Shown here: in pieces, positions 49,893 to 59,815 of the stretch
How the letters are laid out: each line of letters starts with the position of its first letter
Numbering within the stretch: the first letter of the stretch is position 1
Position numbers and translations under genes: made by a program
Notes under the pieces: model-generated
Databases searched by the model: none
What the model was told of the DNA's origin: nothing
What the model saw: only the letters and a program-made list of their open reading frames with translations
DNA from: Candidatus Woesearchaeota archaeon
GTDB lineage: Archaea > Nanobdellota > Nanobdellia > SCGC-AAA011-G17 > PNOQ01
Direction of reading: 5' to 3'
Assembly: GCA_043812195.1 (NCBI GenBank)
Contig: JBDRML010000016.1
Span: 32,001-96,000, forward strand
DNA: 64,000 nt

Positions 49893-51106
49893 TCACTATA
49901 CCCCTTAATCCATTTAAAAAATGAAACTATCAAAATAACAGGAAACGTAGTTAAATAAAACAAAGCATATATAATAAATGAAAACCTAATTTTCACTTCA
50001 GCTTTCTTCAAAGTTCTTAAAGAAATTATAATTCCAACCAAAAAAATAAGAACTAATAAAATACCAAAAACAGTCAACACATTAGGCAAAAGATTAATTT
50101 CCGGCATCCTGGCTAATCCTTCCCCTGCTTTCACACTATAACTAGCAAGTATGACCCAATTAAAAAGTCTATGCAAAATCACACCTAAAAACACTGAAAA
50201 CCCTGCAAAAGATAAAATTATATGCGTTAAAAAGAAAGGAATCACAAATACACCAAACATTGCGTAGTTTGTCTTAAACATATACTTCCTATGCTTCCAA
50301 AAAGTCTGAAAACCTCCAACACTCCACCGTATTCTCTGTCTCCACCAAACCTTAAGTTTACTAGGAGCTAAAGTAAAAGAATGTGCAATAGATTCCATCC
50401 TTATCTTATATTTATATCTTAACAAATTCCACGCTATTTCAATGTCTTCAGTCATAACATTTTTATCAAAACCTCCAACTTCATTCAAAGCAGATTTTCT
50501 ATACATGCTTAAAGATCCTGGAGTAACAAACACACTATCTAAAAAATCTAAAATCCTTCTTGTCCATGCAATTAAAGCATATTCCATAGCCTGCATTTTT
50601 TCCATAAGATTATTTTTATTCTTAACTAAAGCAGTTCCAGTAACAGCACCAACTCTTTCATCCTTAAAATGTCTAGACATCTTCCTAAATGCTATCGATT
50701 CAGGGTGAGAATCACTATCAATAATTCCAATTAATTCACCTTTAGCTATTTTAGTAGCTTGATTAATAGAATCTGGTTTTCCACTATTTGGCTTTGTAAA
50801 AACTTTAACTCCCCTATCTTCAAATGTCTTAGCAATTTCTTCAGTTCGGTCAGTACTGCCATCATTCACCACAATAACTTCAAATTTATCTTTAGGATAA
50901 TCACTAGCTAAAACAGATTCCAGAGTATCTGCTATTGTATCTTCTTCATTATACGCAGGGATTAAAACAGTCAGACTAGGAGTATAATCTTCAGGAGTAT
51001 CATCAAAATATTTAGACCTATTCTTAAAAAATACCATCAATGTGACTAATGAAAAGTACAGAGATGTCAAAATATAAAACAAATATACAATAGTTAAAGC
51101 GTTCAT
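49886..51106 (-). CDS. Processive GT2 glycosyltransferase (PgaC/cellulose synthase-like)
   Basis: IPAYNEE, NDGSTD, DSD, TED and RQRIRW motifs plus TM helices. Confidence 0.9.
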   Translation of the reverse strand: MNALTIVYLFYILTSLYFSLVTLMVFFKNRSKYFDDTPEDYTPSLTVLIPAYNEEDTIADTLESVLASDYPKDKFEVIVVNDGSTDRTEEIAKTFEDRGVKVFTKPNSGKPDSINQATKIAKGELIGIIDSDSHPESIAFRKMSRHFKDERVGAVTGTALVKNKNNLMEKMQAMEYALIAWTRRILDFLDSVFVTPGSLSMYRKSALNEVGGFDKNVMTEDIEIAWNLLRYKYKIRMESIAHSFTLAPSKLKVWWRQRIRWSVGGFQTFWKHRKYMFKTNYAMFGVFVIPFFLTHIILSFAGFSVFLGVILHRLFNWVILASYSVKAGEGLARMPEINLLPNVLTVFGILLVLIFLVGIIISLRTLKKAEVKIRFSFIIYALFYLTTFPVILIVSFFKWIKGYSEW

Positions 51107-51155
51107 TCTACCTCAAAAACAGAAACCCCAGAATTATTATAAAGATTGTGATTAA

Positions 51156-51680
51156 TTATAAAGTTTTCAAACCTTCTAAACTAATTTCATTTCCACCATC
51201 TAATCTCTCTTTTAATTTATCTTCAACTACATCAAAATAATCATAAAATTTAGGAGTCAACTTCAACAACCTAGTTCTTCCAAATTTCTCAGTCACTATA
51301 AAATTTTCTTCCTTCAACTTCCTAACATGATCATAAGCCTTATTTCCCCTAATTCCAATAATATCTGCCTGGATTGCTGGTTGTCTATAAGCAATAATAG
51401 CCAAAGTCTCCTGAGTAGGTTTATCTAACTCAGCATCGCTTAATAATTGTTCAGTTAAATAAATATATTCTTTCCTTAAATTTAATTTCCATCTATTATT
51501 CTCAAAAACAACCTCTAAAGCCCCTTCCTTTTTCCCATATTCCTCTTTTAATTCTCCCAAAATCTGTTTTAAGTATCCCACACTACCAATCCCTGCTAAT
51601 TTAGATATTTCATCAATAGTCAGAAATCTCCCTGTAGTAAACAATACAGCTTCAACTCTATGCTTAGGATTATCTTCCAT
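51156..51680 (-). CDS. scpB: SMC-Scp complex subunit ScpB
   Basis: VEAVLF, ETLAIIAYRQP, IRG and FYDYF motifs. Confidence 0.9.
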   Translation of the reverse strand: MEDNPKHRVEAVLFTTGRFLTIDEISKLAGIGSVGYLKQILGELKEEYGKKEGALEVVFENNRWKLNLRKEYIYLTEQLLSDAELDKPTQETLAIIAYRQPAIQADIIGIRGNKAYDHVRKLKEENFIVTEKFGRTRLLKLTPKFYDYFDVVEDKLKERLDGGNEISLEGLKTL

Positions 51681-51759
51681 AAATACATATGTGTTTTCTT
51701 AATTTATAAATCTAATGCTAAAAAGAAAGATTTAAAACAAATCCAATAAATTTAGATTT

Positions 51760-52341
51760 ATGAGAGAATTCATATATTTTTCAAGAGATGCAAGAACTTC
51801 TGGTAATTTTCAAGATTTAATGAAAGCAGGTAGAATGGATATAGCCTGCCACACAATAATAGCAGCCTTTTTCCTATCTCATAATTTAAGAGAAGACGTA
51901 AAATTGCATTTAATTTTTTACGGTCCTCCAGATCCACCAAAACATTTAGAAATTATAAGCTCAGAAAGGTTGCACGAATTCTTAAGTAAAAAAGACGTAG
52001 CAGGACTAATAAAAAGAATGTTATTCAAATATAAAAAAGGAAAGAAAACAGAACCATTTCCATCCTGTTTCATAGAAAAAAAGCCATTATTAAATTTAAT
52101 AGAAGAATTAAAAAAAGAAGGTAAAGAAATATACATTCTAGACAAAAAAGGAAATTCATTAAGAAACCAAAAACTATCAAATAAATCTGTATTTTTATTA
52201 GGAGATCACAAAGGAATACCACAAAAAGAAAAAAAGAGAATATCAAAAATCGCAGAAAAAGTTTCAATAGGTCCACAAATGTATTTTGCTAGTCACACCT
52301 TAACTATTCTACAAAATGAATTAGATATAAGAAATCTTTAA
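51760..52341 (+). CDS. trmY: tRNA pseudouridine54 N1-methyltransferase (SPOUT)
   Basis: GRMDI, FFLSH, GPPDPPK, LGDHKG, SIGP and NELD motifs. Confidence 0.85.
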   Translation: MREFIYFSRDARTSGNFQDLMKAGRMDIACHTIIAAFFLSHNLREDVKLHLIFYGPPDPPKHLEIISSERLHEFLSKKDVAGLIKRMLFKYKKGKKTEPFPSCFIEKKPLLNLIEELKKEGKEIYILDKKGNSLRNQKLSNKSVFLLGDHKGIPQKEKKRISKIAEKVSIGPQMYFASHTLTILQNELDIRNL

Positions 52342-53438
52342 ATCTTAAACCTTAAAATTGCACCCATGCCACCAATTTTTCCCAATTGTTGACCTTCAGC
52401 ACTATCAATAGAAATCATTACAACACTAGCACCTATATCTTCTGCTTTCTTCTCCAACTCTTCAACTATTTTATCATCTAAATCTTCAGACAACAATAAT
52501 ACATCAACAGCACCCATTTCTAAAGCCTTCCTAACATCTTTCTCTTTGTAAACACCTTTATTGCCACCCTTAGTAGACATAGAATTAAAAAACCTCTCCA
52601 TAATTTTCTTTTCTTCTATAATTCCTTCTTTACCCAAAACATCGTGACTCTTATCCACAAGCTCATTCAAACCAAACTCTCCAGTATAACTTAAATCCTT
52701 TACACCAATTATTTTTTCTTTAATTCTAGCATGCAAATAATCACCATCTAAAAAAGTATCTTTAGTAGGACCAGGACCTCCGACTATAATTCCTTTTAAA
52801 TCTTCCATCTCAATAAATTCTTTATTACAAGCACTTCCAACTTTCTTAAAAAAATTATGAGCAGCCTCTTCTCTTAATCTAGCATACCTGGCTTGTGATT
52901 GTCCGCCTTTAGTAGTTTTTCCAGGAACATCAGATGTAAAATTAGCAATCTTAGCAATATAATTTCCTTTCAAATATCCCAAAGTTCCTTCTCTCCTATC
53001 AACAACAAGTAAACCATAAACACCTTTATGAACCATCATATCTTTCAAAATATCAACCACAAAAGTCTGATCACATCTATAAAGACGAATATTCAAAGGA
53101 TGTGAAGGTTCAATACTAAACACTTGAATATCAATCTGGTTCTCTTTATCACTAATATTACCACCAAAAACAGCTAAACCATTTTCAGGTGTTTTCTTAA
53201 ATAATCTCAAATGTCTAATAACTTTCTCCAAAGCATCAATAACATTAGTTCTAGTTCTTTTATCTTTAATATTAGAAGCAGTTCCTTGTTCTTCCATTAA
53301 ATGATGAATAATTTTAATCAAATCATAACCAGCAGGAACATAAACACTAACTAATTCAGTATGTCTACCTCTATACTGTTCCAAATTCTCAATAAATTTC
53401 CTTAACTCTCTCTTTTGTTTTACTTCCATATCATTCAA
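52338..53438 (-). CDS. prf1: Peptide chain release factor aRF1
   Basis: GTASNIKD, YRCD, GGQSQAR and GGPG motifs. Confidence 0.95.
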   Translation of the reverse strand: MNDMEVKQKRELRKFIENLEQYRGRHTELVSVYVPAGYDLIKIIHHLMEEQGTASNIKDKRTRTNVIDALEKVIRHLRLFKKTPENGLAVFGGNISDKENQIDIQVFSIEPSHPLNIRLYRCDQTFVVDILKDMMVHKGVYGLLVVDRREGTLGYLKGNYIAKIANFTSDVPGKTTKGGQSQARYARLREEAAHNFFKKVGSACNKEFIEMEDLKGIIVGGPGPTKDTFLDGDYLHARIKEKIIGVKDLSYTGEFGLNELVDKSHDVLGKEGIIEEKKIMERFFNSMSTKGGNKGVYKEKDVRKALEMGAVDVLLLSEDLDDKIVEELEKKAEDIGASVVMISIDSAEGQQLGKIGGMGAILRFKI

Positions 53439-53471
53439 AATTCAAAGCCCCTGGAACGTATTTAAACCTTT

Positions 53472-54116
53472 CTAATGAATATTTTTAATGTGCCCAACTA
53501 ACTTTCTCTTCTTATGATAATGGGTAATCTTAACTTTAGTTAACTTTTTTCTCTTTTTCTCTAATCCAAATAAGATAAAGAATCCAACCAATGCCATCAG
53601 ACCTACAAAAATAAAAGTATAACTAAATCCAATAAATTCTGCAATTAAAGCTCCAATTAAAGCCGTTACTGCAGTTCCTATCCCTGCTAAAGTGGAATAT
53701 AAACTCCACTCAAAACTTTCATGCTTTTTATCCAAATGAGTACTCCATAATCCCAACCAAGTAGGATGAGCAAATCCTGCTCCAATACCATTCAAAATTT
53801 GAGCTAAATAAATATGCCAGATATTGGTAGAAAAAATATAAATAAACGGAACTATAGAAATCAACAAAGTTCCAAAAATCAGCCATTTTACTTTATTATC
53901 ATGTGAGTCTACATATTTAGAAAAAGGAAGTTGAATAACACTTCTAGTAAGGATAAATAAAGCACTAGCCAATCCAGCAGCAAATATTGTTCCACCAATT
54001 AAATTTTCTTTTATAAAAATAGATAATATTGGAGCTATTAACCCAAAACCAGTAATCAAAAAAATATCAGAAAGCATCAACAATCTAATTGTCTTATTAA
54101 TTTTTACTCCAAACAT
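53472..54116 (-). CDS. Half-size (about 6 TM) MFS-like membrane protein
   Basis: MFS-like helices (QLPFSKYVD, AQILNGIG); only 214 aa. Confidence 0.75.
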   Translation of the reverse strand: MFGVKINKTIRLLMLSDIFLITGFGLIAPILSIFIKENLIGGTIFAAGLASALFILTRSVIQLPFSKYVDSHDNKVKWLIFGTLLISIVPFIYIFSTNIWHIYLAQILNGIGAGFAHPTWLGLWSTHLDKKHESFEWSLYSTLAGIGTAVTALIGALIAEFIGFSYTFIFVGLMALVGFFILFGLEKKRKKLTKVKITHYHKKRKLVGHIKNIH

Positions 54117-54155
54117 AAATAGATTATTAGATTCTCCTTTTTTAAATTTAACTAA

Positions 54156-56543
54156 TTACTTCCATGATATTTTCAACTTATTCCCAAACGTTATTTGCTT
54201 TGCCCTACAAACAAATTTCAAATCTTCCAAGAAATCATTTATCTCTTTCTCATGTTTTTTATCTAAAACTAAAACAACTTCCTCTTTCAAAGATTTTTTA
54301 TGTTTAGTCTTAAACTTTCTCACTTCAGATATAACTCCAACGCAATAATCTCCAACTTCTTCTAATTTATCATCAACTTTAATCTCTTCAGGCCACTCAC
54401 TTAAATGAATACTTTTTAATTTCTCTTTCTTAACAAAATAATCTTGATAAATTTCCTCAGTTATATGTGGAACAATAGGCGCCATCATTTTCAAAATACT
54501 CAATAAAGAATTATACAATGTATACTGTCCAGATAATTTAGCATCTTCTCCTCTTTTATCAGGATTATACATTCTATCTTTAACTATTTCCAAATAATTA
54601 TCACAAAAATCTTCCCAAAAAAACATCTCAACATGTTTCATAGCATTACTAGTATCATATTTATCAAAAGATTCAGTAGCTTTCTTAATCACTTTATTTA
54701 ACTTTAATAATAACCAATTATCAAAAGCCTCTAACTTAATTTTCTTAGTCTGATAATCTTCTAATATATCAATACTAAATTTAGATGCATTCCATAATTT
54801 AGTCAAAAATCGATTACCTGCAATTAAATCATTTTCCTGATAAGATAAATCCTCTCCAACTTTAGCACCACCAACCCAATATCTAACTACATCAACACAA
54901 TATTTCTCTAACAATTCATGACTCCACACAGCATTGCCTTTACTTTTATGCATACCTTTTCCTTCAGGATCTAACACAAAAGTTCCAATCATAACGTCTT
55001 TCCATGGAATACTCTTAAAATGTAAAAATGATTTCAAAATAGTATAAAATGCCCATGTTCTAATAATATCATGAGACTGAGGTCTTAAACTCATTGGAAA
55101 ATTCTTTTTATAAAATGCCTTATTACCTAACCATTTCATAGCAACTTGAGGAGACATACTAGAAGTCATCCATGTATCCAATACATCACTATCAGCAACA
55201 TAATTAATAGACCCACATTTACATTTCTTCTTAGGTTTAATCATTGTAGGATCAACAGGTAATTCTTTTTTATCAGCAACTAAAGATTTTCCACAATCTA
55301 CACAATACCAAACAGGAATAGGAACTCCATAAAATCTTTGTCTAGAAATACACCAATCCCATGCTAAATTCTTAGTCCAATCATCATATCTAATCTTATA
55401 AAACCCAGGATACCAATTAATTTTTTCACCTTGCTTTAATAATTGATCTTTATACTTCAAAGTTTTAATAAACCATTGCTTTGAAACCAAATACTCAACA
55501 GGAGTTTCACATCTCCAGCAACAATTAACACTTTGAACAACCTTTTCTTGCTTAACCAACTTACCTTCTTTATTAAGTTTATTAATAATCTGTTCTCTTG
55601 CTCTTTGAAAAGTCAAACCCTCATACTCTCCAGCATTTTCATTCAATAAACCTTCTTCAGTAATAATAGATCTTAAAGGTAATTTATGTTCTTTCCACCA
55701 TAAAATATCAGTCGTATCTCCAAATGTACAAACCATAACAATTCCAGAGCCAAATTTCATATCCACTTTAGAATCTTTCATAATAGAAACTTTATGTCCA
55801 TAAATAGGAACAATAGCATTTTTACCAATTAATTCTTTATACCTTTTATCATCAGGATGAACAAATATTCCAACACAAGCTGCAAAAAACTCTGGCCTTG
55901 TAGTTGCGATCTCTATTTTATTTCCATCCTCTAAATCAAAAGTAACATAATTTAATTTAGTTTCTCTCTCTTTACTTTCCAATTCAGCCTGTGCTAAAGA
56001 AGTCTGATGATAAGGACACCATAAACTAGGTTCTTTATTTCTATATAAATCTCCTTTTTCAAATAATTCAACAAAAGATGTTTGTGCAACTTTCTGAGCA
56101 TCTTCTCCAATTGTAGTATATAATAAATCCCAATCATAACTATGACCCATTTTCTTAAAAAATCTCTCAGCATATTCTTCCTCTACTTTCTTAGATTCTT
56201 CTAAACATAATTTTCTGAATTCAGCTCTTGATGTATCTCCCTTAGAAACTTTAAATTTCTCTTCAACATATTTTTCAGTTGGTAAACCATTATCATCAAA
56301 TCCAGGAGCAAAATAAACATTAAAACCTTTCATTCTTTTGTACCTAGCAATAAGCTCAAATTGAGTATAATGTAAAGTATGTCCAATATGTAAATGCCCG
56401 GATGAAGCATATGGCGGCGGAACATCTATAGAATAAACAGGTTTCTTACTCTTAAAATCAAATTTGAAGATTTTACTCTTCTCCCAAAACTCCTGCCATT
56501 TATTTTCAACAGATTTAGCATCATATATTTTGGATAGACTCAT
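54156..56543 (-). CDS. valS: Valine--tRNA ligase
   Basis: IDVPPP, HIGH, WCISRQR, DTWMTSS and GMHKSKGN motifs. Confidence 0.95.
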   Translation of the reverse strand: MSLSKIYDAKSVENKWQEFWEKSKIFKFDFKSKKPVYSIDVPPPYASSGHLHIGHTLHYTQFELIARYKRMKGFNVYFAPGFDDNGLPTEKYVEEKFKVSKGDTSRAEFRKLCLEESKKVEEEYAERFFKKMGHSYDWDLLYTTIGEDAQKVAQTSFVELFEKGDLYRNKEPSLWCPYHQTSLAQAELESKERETKLNYVTFDLEDGNKIEIATTRPEFFAACVGIFVHPDDKRYKELIGKNAIVPIYGHKVSIMKDSKVDMKFGSGIVMVCTFGDTTDILWWKEHKLPLRSIITEEGLLNENAGEYEGLTFQRAREQIINKLNKEGKLVKQEKVVQSVNCCWRCETPVEYLVSKQWFIKTLKYKDQLLKQGEKINWYPGFYKIRYDDWTKNLAWDWCISRQRFYGVPIPVWYCVDCGKSLVADKKELPVDPTMIKPKKKCKCGSINYVADSDVLDTWMTSSMSPQVAMKWLGNKAFYKKNFPMSLRPQSHDIIRTWAFYTILKSFLHFKSIPWKDVMIGTFVLDPEGKGMHKSKGNAVWSHELLEKYCVDVVRYWVGGAKVGEDLSYQENDLIAGNRFLTKLWNASKFSIDILEDYQTKKIKLEAFDNWLLLKLNKVIKKATESFDKYDTSNAMKHVEMFFWEDFCDNYLEIVKDRMYNPDKRGEDAKLSGQYTLYNSLLSILKMMAPIVPHITEEIYQDYFVKKEKLKSIHLSEWPEEIKVDDKLEEVGDYCVGVISEVRKFKTKHKKSLKEEVVLVLDKKHEKEINDFLEDLKFVCRAKQITFGNKLKISWK

Positions 56544-56594
56544 TATGCTTATGGCTGATAAGTATGTTTTTTAAAGCTTTTGGAAATGAATTAT

Positions 56595-56894
56595 TCATAT
56601 ATCTTTATCTTTAAGTCTCTTATTAATATCATTTATTTTATTTATAGTGTGATCCTTAAACTCTTCTAATCTACCAATCGAACCTTTCATAGGAAAAAGT
56701 ATAGCAAGGATAAGAATTTGTAAAGTTAATAAAACACCAACAGTCCACATAACAATAGTTGCCATATCTGGGCTATGCCCTGTTAATTTTAATATTAACA
56801 TATAAATAACAAACATAGAAAGCAAAACTGCAAGAATTGTTAGAATAATTATAATAAAATTATTTATTTTGTTTTTAATCTTATTATTTACCAT
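56595..56894 (-). CDS. Small two-TM hypothetical protein
   Basis: Two hydrophobic helices separated by GHSP. Confidence 0.6.
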   Translation of the reverse strand: MVNNKIKNKINNFIIIILTILAVLLSMFVIYMLILKLTGHSPDMATIVMWTVGVLLTLQILILAILFPMKGSIGRLEEFKDHTINKINDINKRLKDKDI

Positions 56895-57047
56895 AATCCA
56901 CTCCTTAACAGATAAATTAAATACAAAACTAATAAAACAACCAGAATCCAAAATAAAAAATTTAGTTGACCTTTTTTTAACATTATTAATAAAATTAGTT
57001 ATCTTAACCTATTTAATCCTTTCGCCAAAAACCACATCAAAGAAAAC

Positions 57048-57055
57048 ATTTAAAA
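57048..57055 (+). promoter_or_regulatory. TATA box of tRNA-Phe
   Basis: gaaaaca-TTTAAAAA about 27-34 bp upstream of the tRNA. Confidence 0.6.
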
Positions 57056-57081
57056 AGGAATTACACGCTAGCCAATTTAAT

Positions 57082-57212
57082 GGGCCCATAGCTCAACCTG
57101 AAAAGACATAGTTAAGTCTAATCTTTGGTTAAGGAGAGCACCAGATTTTCAGGTGAAACTGAAGTCCCAGGTCAGATATCTGGCCATCCGGGTTCAAATC
57201 CCGGTGGGCCCA
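57082..57212 (+). tRNA. tRNA-Phe(GAA) with three introns (57101-57132, 57145-57157, 57165-57177)
   Basis: Spliced 73-nt cloverleaf: GGGCCCA/TGGGCCC, GCTC/GAGC, CCAGA-CTGAAGA-TCTGG, CCGGG-TTCAAAT-CCCGG; each intron has a perfect 4-bp BHB central helix. Confidence 0.88.
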
Positions 57213-57269
57213 CTTTTTTAAAACTTTCCAAAATATTTATAAACAACTAAAAACAAAATTAAGATATAA

Positions 57270-57818
57270 ATGAAAAACAAAAGTGGTGCAATTGAACTTT
57301 CTGTAACAACAATTATAGTTGTAGTAATTGGAATCACATTATTAACTTTAGGTTTAGTATGGGTTCAAAATATATTCAAAGACTTAGGAGAAGTTAGTGA
57401 TAATAGCTTTGCAAGAGCAAAGCAATTAATTGAAGGGATAGAAAAAATAGACAAACCATTATCAATAATCCCAAGTCCAATAGAAGTAGAACAAAATGGT
57501 GAAGAAGTAGCAATAGTAGTAATAGCTAATTTTGAACAAGAAACAAAAGTAGTAACTGTCGGCATGGTACAACCAGAAAATGATGTTCTTTGTGGGTTCT
57601 TTGATGTTCTAAGTTCAAATAGAAAATTAAAAGCAGAAGCACCAAATAATCCTTATACTTTAGGTTCAGGAGAAAGAGTAGAAATAGCAATTGCAGTCAA
57701 AGGCAATGATGCTGATTTAGGACTAACAGGCTGTAATGTTCAATTAGTTGGAGACATACAACAAACTAAAACTTTAAACGTAAGAGTAACACCAAAATCA
57801 AGTGGAATTTTCGGTTAA
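57270..57818 (+). CDS. Pilin-like protein with class III signal peptide
   Basis: MKNKSG/AIELSVTTIIVVVIG. Confidence 0.72.
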   Translation: MKNKSGAIELSVTTIIVVVIGITLLTLGLVWVQNIFKDLGEVSDNSFARAKQLIEGIEKIDKPLSIIPSPIEVEQNGEEVAIVVIANFEQETKVVTVGMVQPENDVLCGFFDVLSSNRKLKAEAPNNPYTLGSGERVEIAIAVKGNDADLGLTGCNVQLVGDIQQTKTLNVRVTPKSSGIFG

Positions 57819-57856
57819 AATCAAACTTAGTTTTGTTTACTAAGTCACAATTTATC

Positions 57857-58930
57857 TTATTTTGCTTTTTTAATTATCTTTTCTAATTCTACAATAAAAT
57901 CTTCAGTATCAACAAAATAGTTAGGATATGCTTTTTCCAAATCTTTAGGAGTGTCTGTACCTACACGAACAACATCATAATCATTTCTCCCTTTATGTCT
58001 TTTTTCTAATTCAGAATAATCTTTAATAGCTTGTTCTTCTTGTTTTTGAAGATATGTTTTAATACTTAATTTTCCCCCCAAAATATCTAATTCTAATAAA
58101 AAAAACTTTGCTTTTCCTTTCATCTTCTTTCTTACTTCTTCATTAAAAAATTTCATTGCATGTGCCCATCCTTCCATACGATGAATAACTTCCAATTCTT
58201 TTGCCTTTTGTTTAATTTGAGAATACAATTTTTCTTTATTAATAGGGGTGTTATCCACAATTGGATAATTTTCCTTTATAGCAAAAGCTGAACTTACTAA
58301 TTTAAAGAAATCCGCCCAATCTGAAATTCCCTCATTAAACTTAATCGCTTGTCTTGTAAAAAAATCCACAGTTTCAACAGCAGTAGCCCAAAGATGTTGT
58401 AGTTTTGATCTTATCTGAACTTCAACACGTAACCCATTATAATCCGTCTTTCTCTTATCACTTTTATATTCATATATAACATGAAAACTCCTATATCCAT
58501 CTTTCTTAGGAGAATCAACATAATTTTTTTTCCCAACTCTTCTATGTTTTAAATTTCCTTTTAGATAATAATTGTTGTAAATTTTTTTAGCAATTTCTAC
58601 ATTTTTAACAATAGCCCTACATCCTGCAATATCTTGCATCTGCGATAATTGCATAGTTGGATTGCGCCCTTCATACTTTCTATTTAATTTATTAACAATT
58701 GATGTAGCTCTTTTAAGTCGTTGAGCAACCAAAGCATCCTTGTCACATTTTTTAGAAACATTTTTTAAAGTCATCTGAAAGATATGTAAAGGGTAACTAT
58801 GTATGGCCCTCCAACTATTCAAAATTTCAGTAGCTTTAACCATATCTTCCTCCAAACTATTAGCATCTTTTAATATTCTTCCTGCTTTATTCAATTCATT
58901 TTTGTCATATCTTGGTTTTTTCCATGCCAT
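57857..58930 (-). CDS. RelA/SpoT synthetase-domain protein
   Basis: RLK..SI..K, MQDIAGCR, GYRSFH and EVQIRS..QH.WA motifs. Confidence 0.88.
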   Translation of the reverse strand: MAWKKPRYDKNELNKAGRILKDANSLEEDMVKATEILNSWRAIHSYPLHIFQMTLKNVSKKCDKDALVAQRLKRATSIVNKLNRKYEGRNPTMQLSQMQDIAGCRAIVKNVEIAKKIYNNYYLKGNLKHRRVGKKNYVDSPKKDGYRSFHVIYEYKSDKRKTDYNGLRVEVQIRSKLQHLWATAVETVDFFTRQAIKFNEGISDWADFFKLVSSAFAIKENYPIVDNTPINKEKLYSQIKQKAKELEVIHRMEGWAHAMKFFNEEVRKKMKGKAKFFLLELDILGGKLSIKTYLQKQEEQAIKDYSELEKRHKGRNDYDVVRVGTDTPKDLEKAYPNYFVDTEDFIVELEKIIKKAK

Positions 58931-58968
58931 ACACATCATAAGAAATTAGAACTATTTAAATATATCTA

Positions 58969-59099
58969 TTTTGCGCGGTTAGTATTTTTAGAAGAATATT
59001 TTTATGCACTTTCTATTTATATACGACAAAAGATAATATTAAATTATAATACTTAGTTTTGCGCAGTTTAATCTTTAATAAATGTAGATTTTGCGCAGT
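58969..59099. repeat. Three dispersed ttttgcgc(a/g)gt motifs
   Basis: Copies near 58969, 59057 and 59089 in AT-rich intergenic DNA. Confidence 0.6.
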
Positions 59100-59233
59100 A
59101 ATTGATTGAATCCAACAATTAGAAGAAAAAGCGATCTAGAAATAATTAAATTAGAATTTTAAATGCAAACCACCAGTCAAACATAGCAAACAAACCAAAA
59201 GCTTTTTAAAACCAATATTTCTGCCAATACTCT

Positions 59234-59638
59234 ATGAAAGCTTACGATATTAAAACAGACGAAGTAATTAAAAGAACAGCTGAAAAGCTAAAGAAAATAG
59301 AAGAAATAAAAGCACCAGAATGGTCTAAATTTGTAAAAACTAGTCCGGCAAGAGAAAGGCCTCCAGTAGAATTAGATTGGTGGTATGCAAGAACAGCATC
59401 AATTCTAAGAAAAATCCAATTATTAGGCCCAATAGGGACAAGTAAATTAAGTAAAAAATATGGTGGAAAAAAGAATAGAGGCCACAAACCAGAAAAATTC
59501 TTTAGAGGTTCAACTAAAATAATCAGAACAATATTACAACAATTAGAAAAAGCAGGTTTAACAGAACAAGCTCAAAAAGGAGCGCATAAAGGAAGAATAG
59601 CAACCAAAAAAGGATTATCATTATTAAACACAAAATAA
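59234..59638 (+). CDS. rps19e: Ribosomal protein S19e
   Basis: PEWSKFVKT, DWWYAR.ASILRK and IIRTILQQLE motifs. Confidence 0.95.
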   Translation: MKAYDIKTDEVIKRTAEKLKKIEEIKAPEWSKFVKTSPARERPPVELDWWYARTASILRKIQLLGPIGTSKLSKKYGGKKNRGHKPEKFFRGSTKIIRTILQQLEKAGLTEQAQKGAHKGRIATKKGLSLLNTK

Positions 59639-59639
59639 A

Positions 59640-59813
59640 ATGGCCAGAAACATATCTACAGGTAAAAAAACCAGATTAGCAAAAAAAGGTAAACAAACTA
59701 GATGGGCACCTTTTTGGGTAGTTCCAAAAGCAGCAGGAGTTGGGAAAAAAATTCATCCATCAAGATTCACAGCAAAAAAAAGAAGCTGGAGAAGAACTAA
59801 AACTAAAGCATAA
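59640..59813 (+). CDS. rpl39e: Ribosomal protein L39e (57 aa, not in ORF track)
   Basis: MARNISTGKKTRLAK...QTRWAPFWV...RSWRRTK, located between S19e and L31e. Confidence 0.88.
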   Translation: MARNISTGKKTRLAKKGKQTRWAPFWVVPKAAGVGKKIHPSRFTAKKRSWRRTKTKA

Positions 59814-59815
59814 AA

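Noticed and set aside
52338-53438. Stop-codon reassignment suggested by NIKD in aRF1
   Set aside because: TAA, TAG and TGA all terminate conserved genes at expected positions in this window.
57141-57183. tRNA-Glu(TTC) with one canonical intron
   Set aside because: The required central helix TTTT has no partner at the 3' splice site; the Phe reading gives perfect 4-bp helices.
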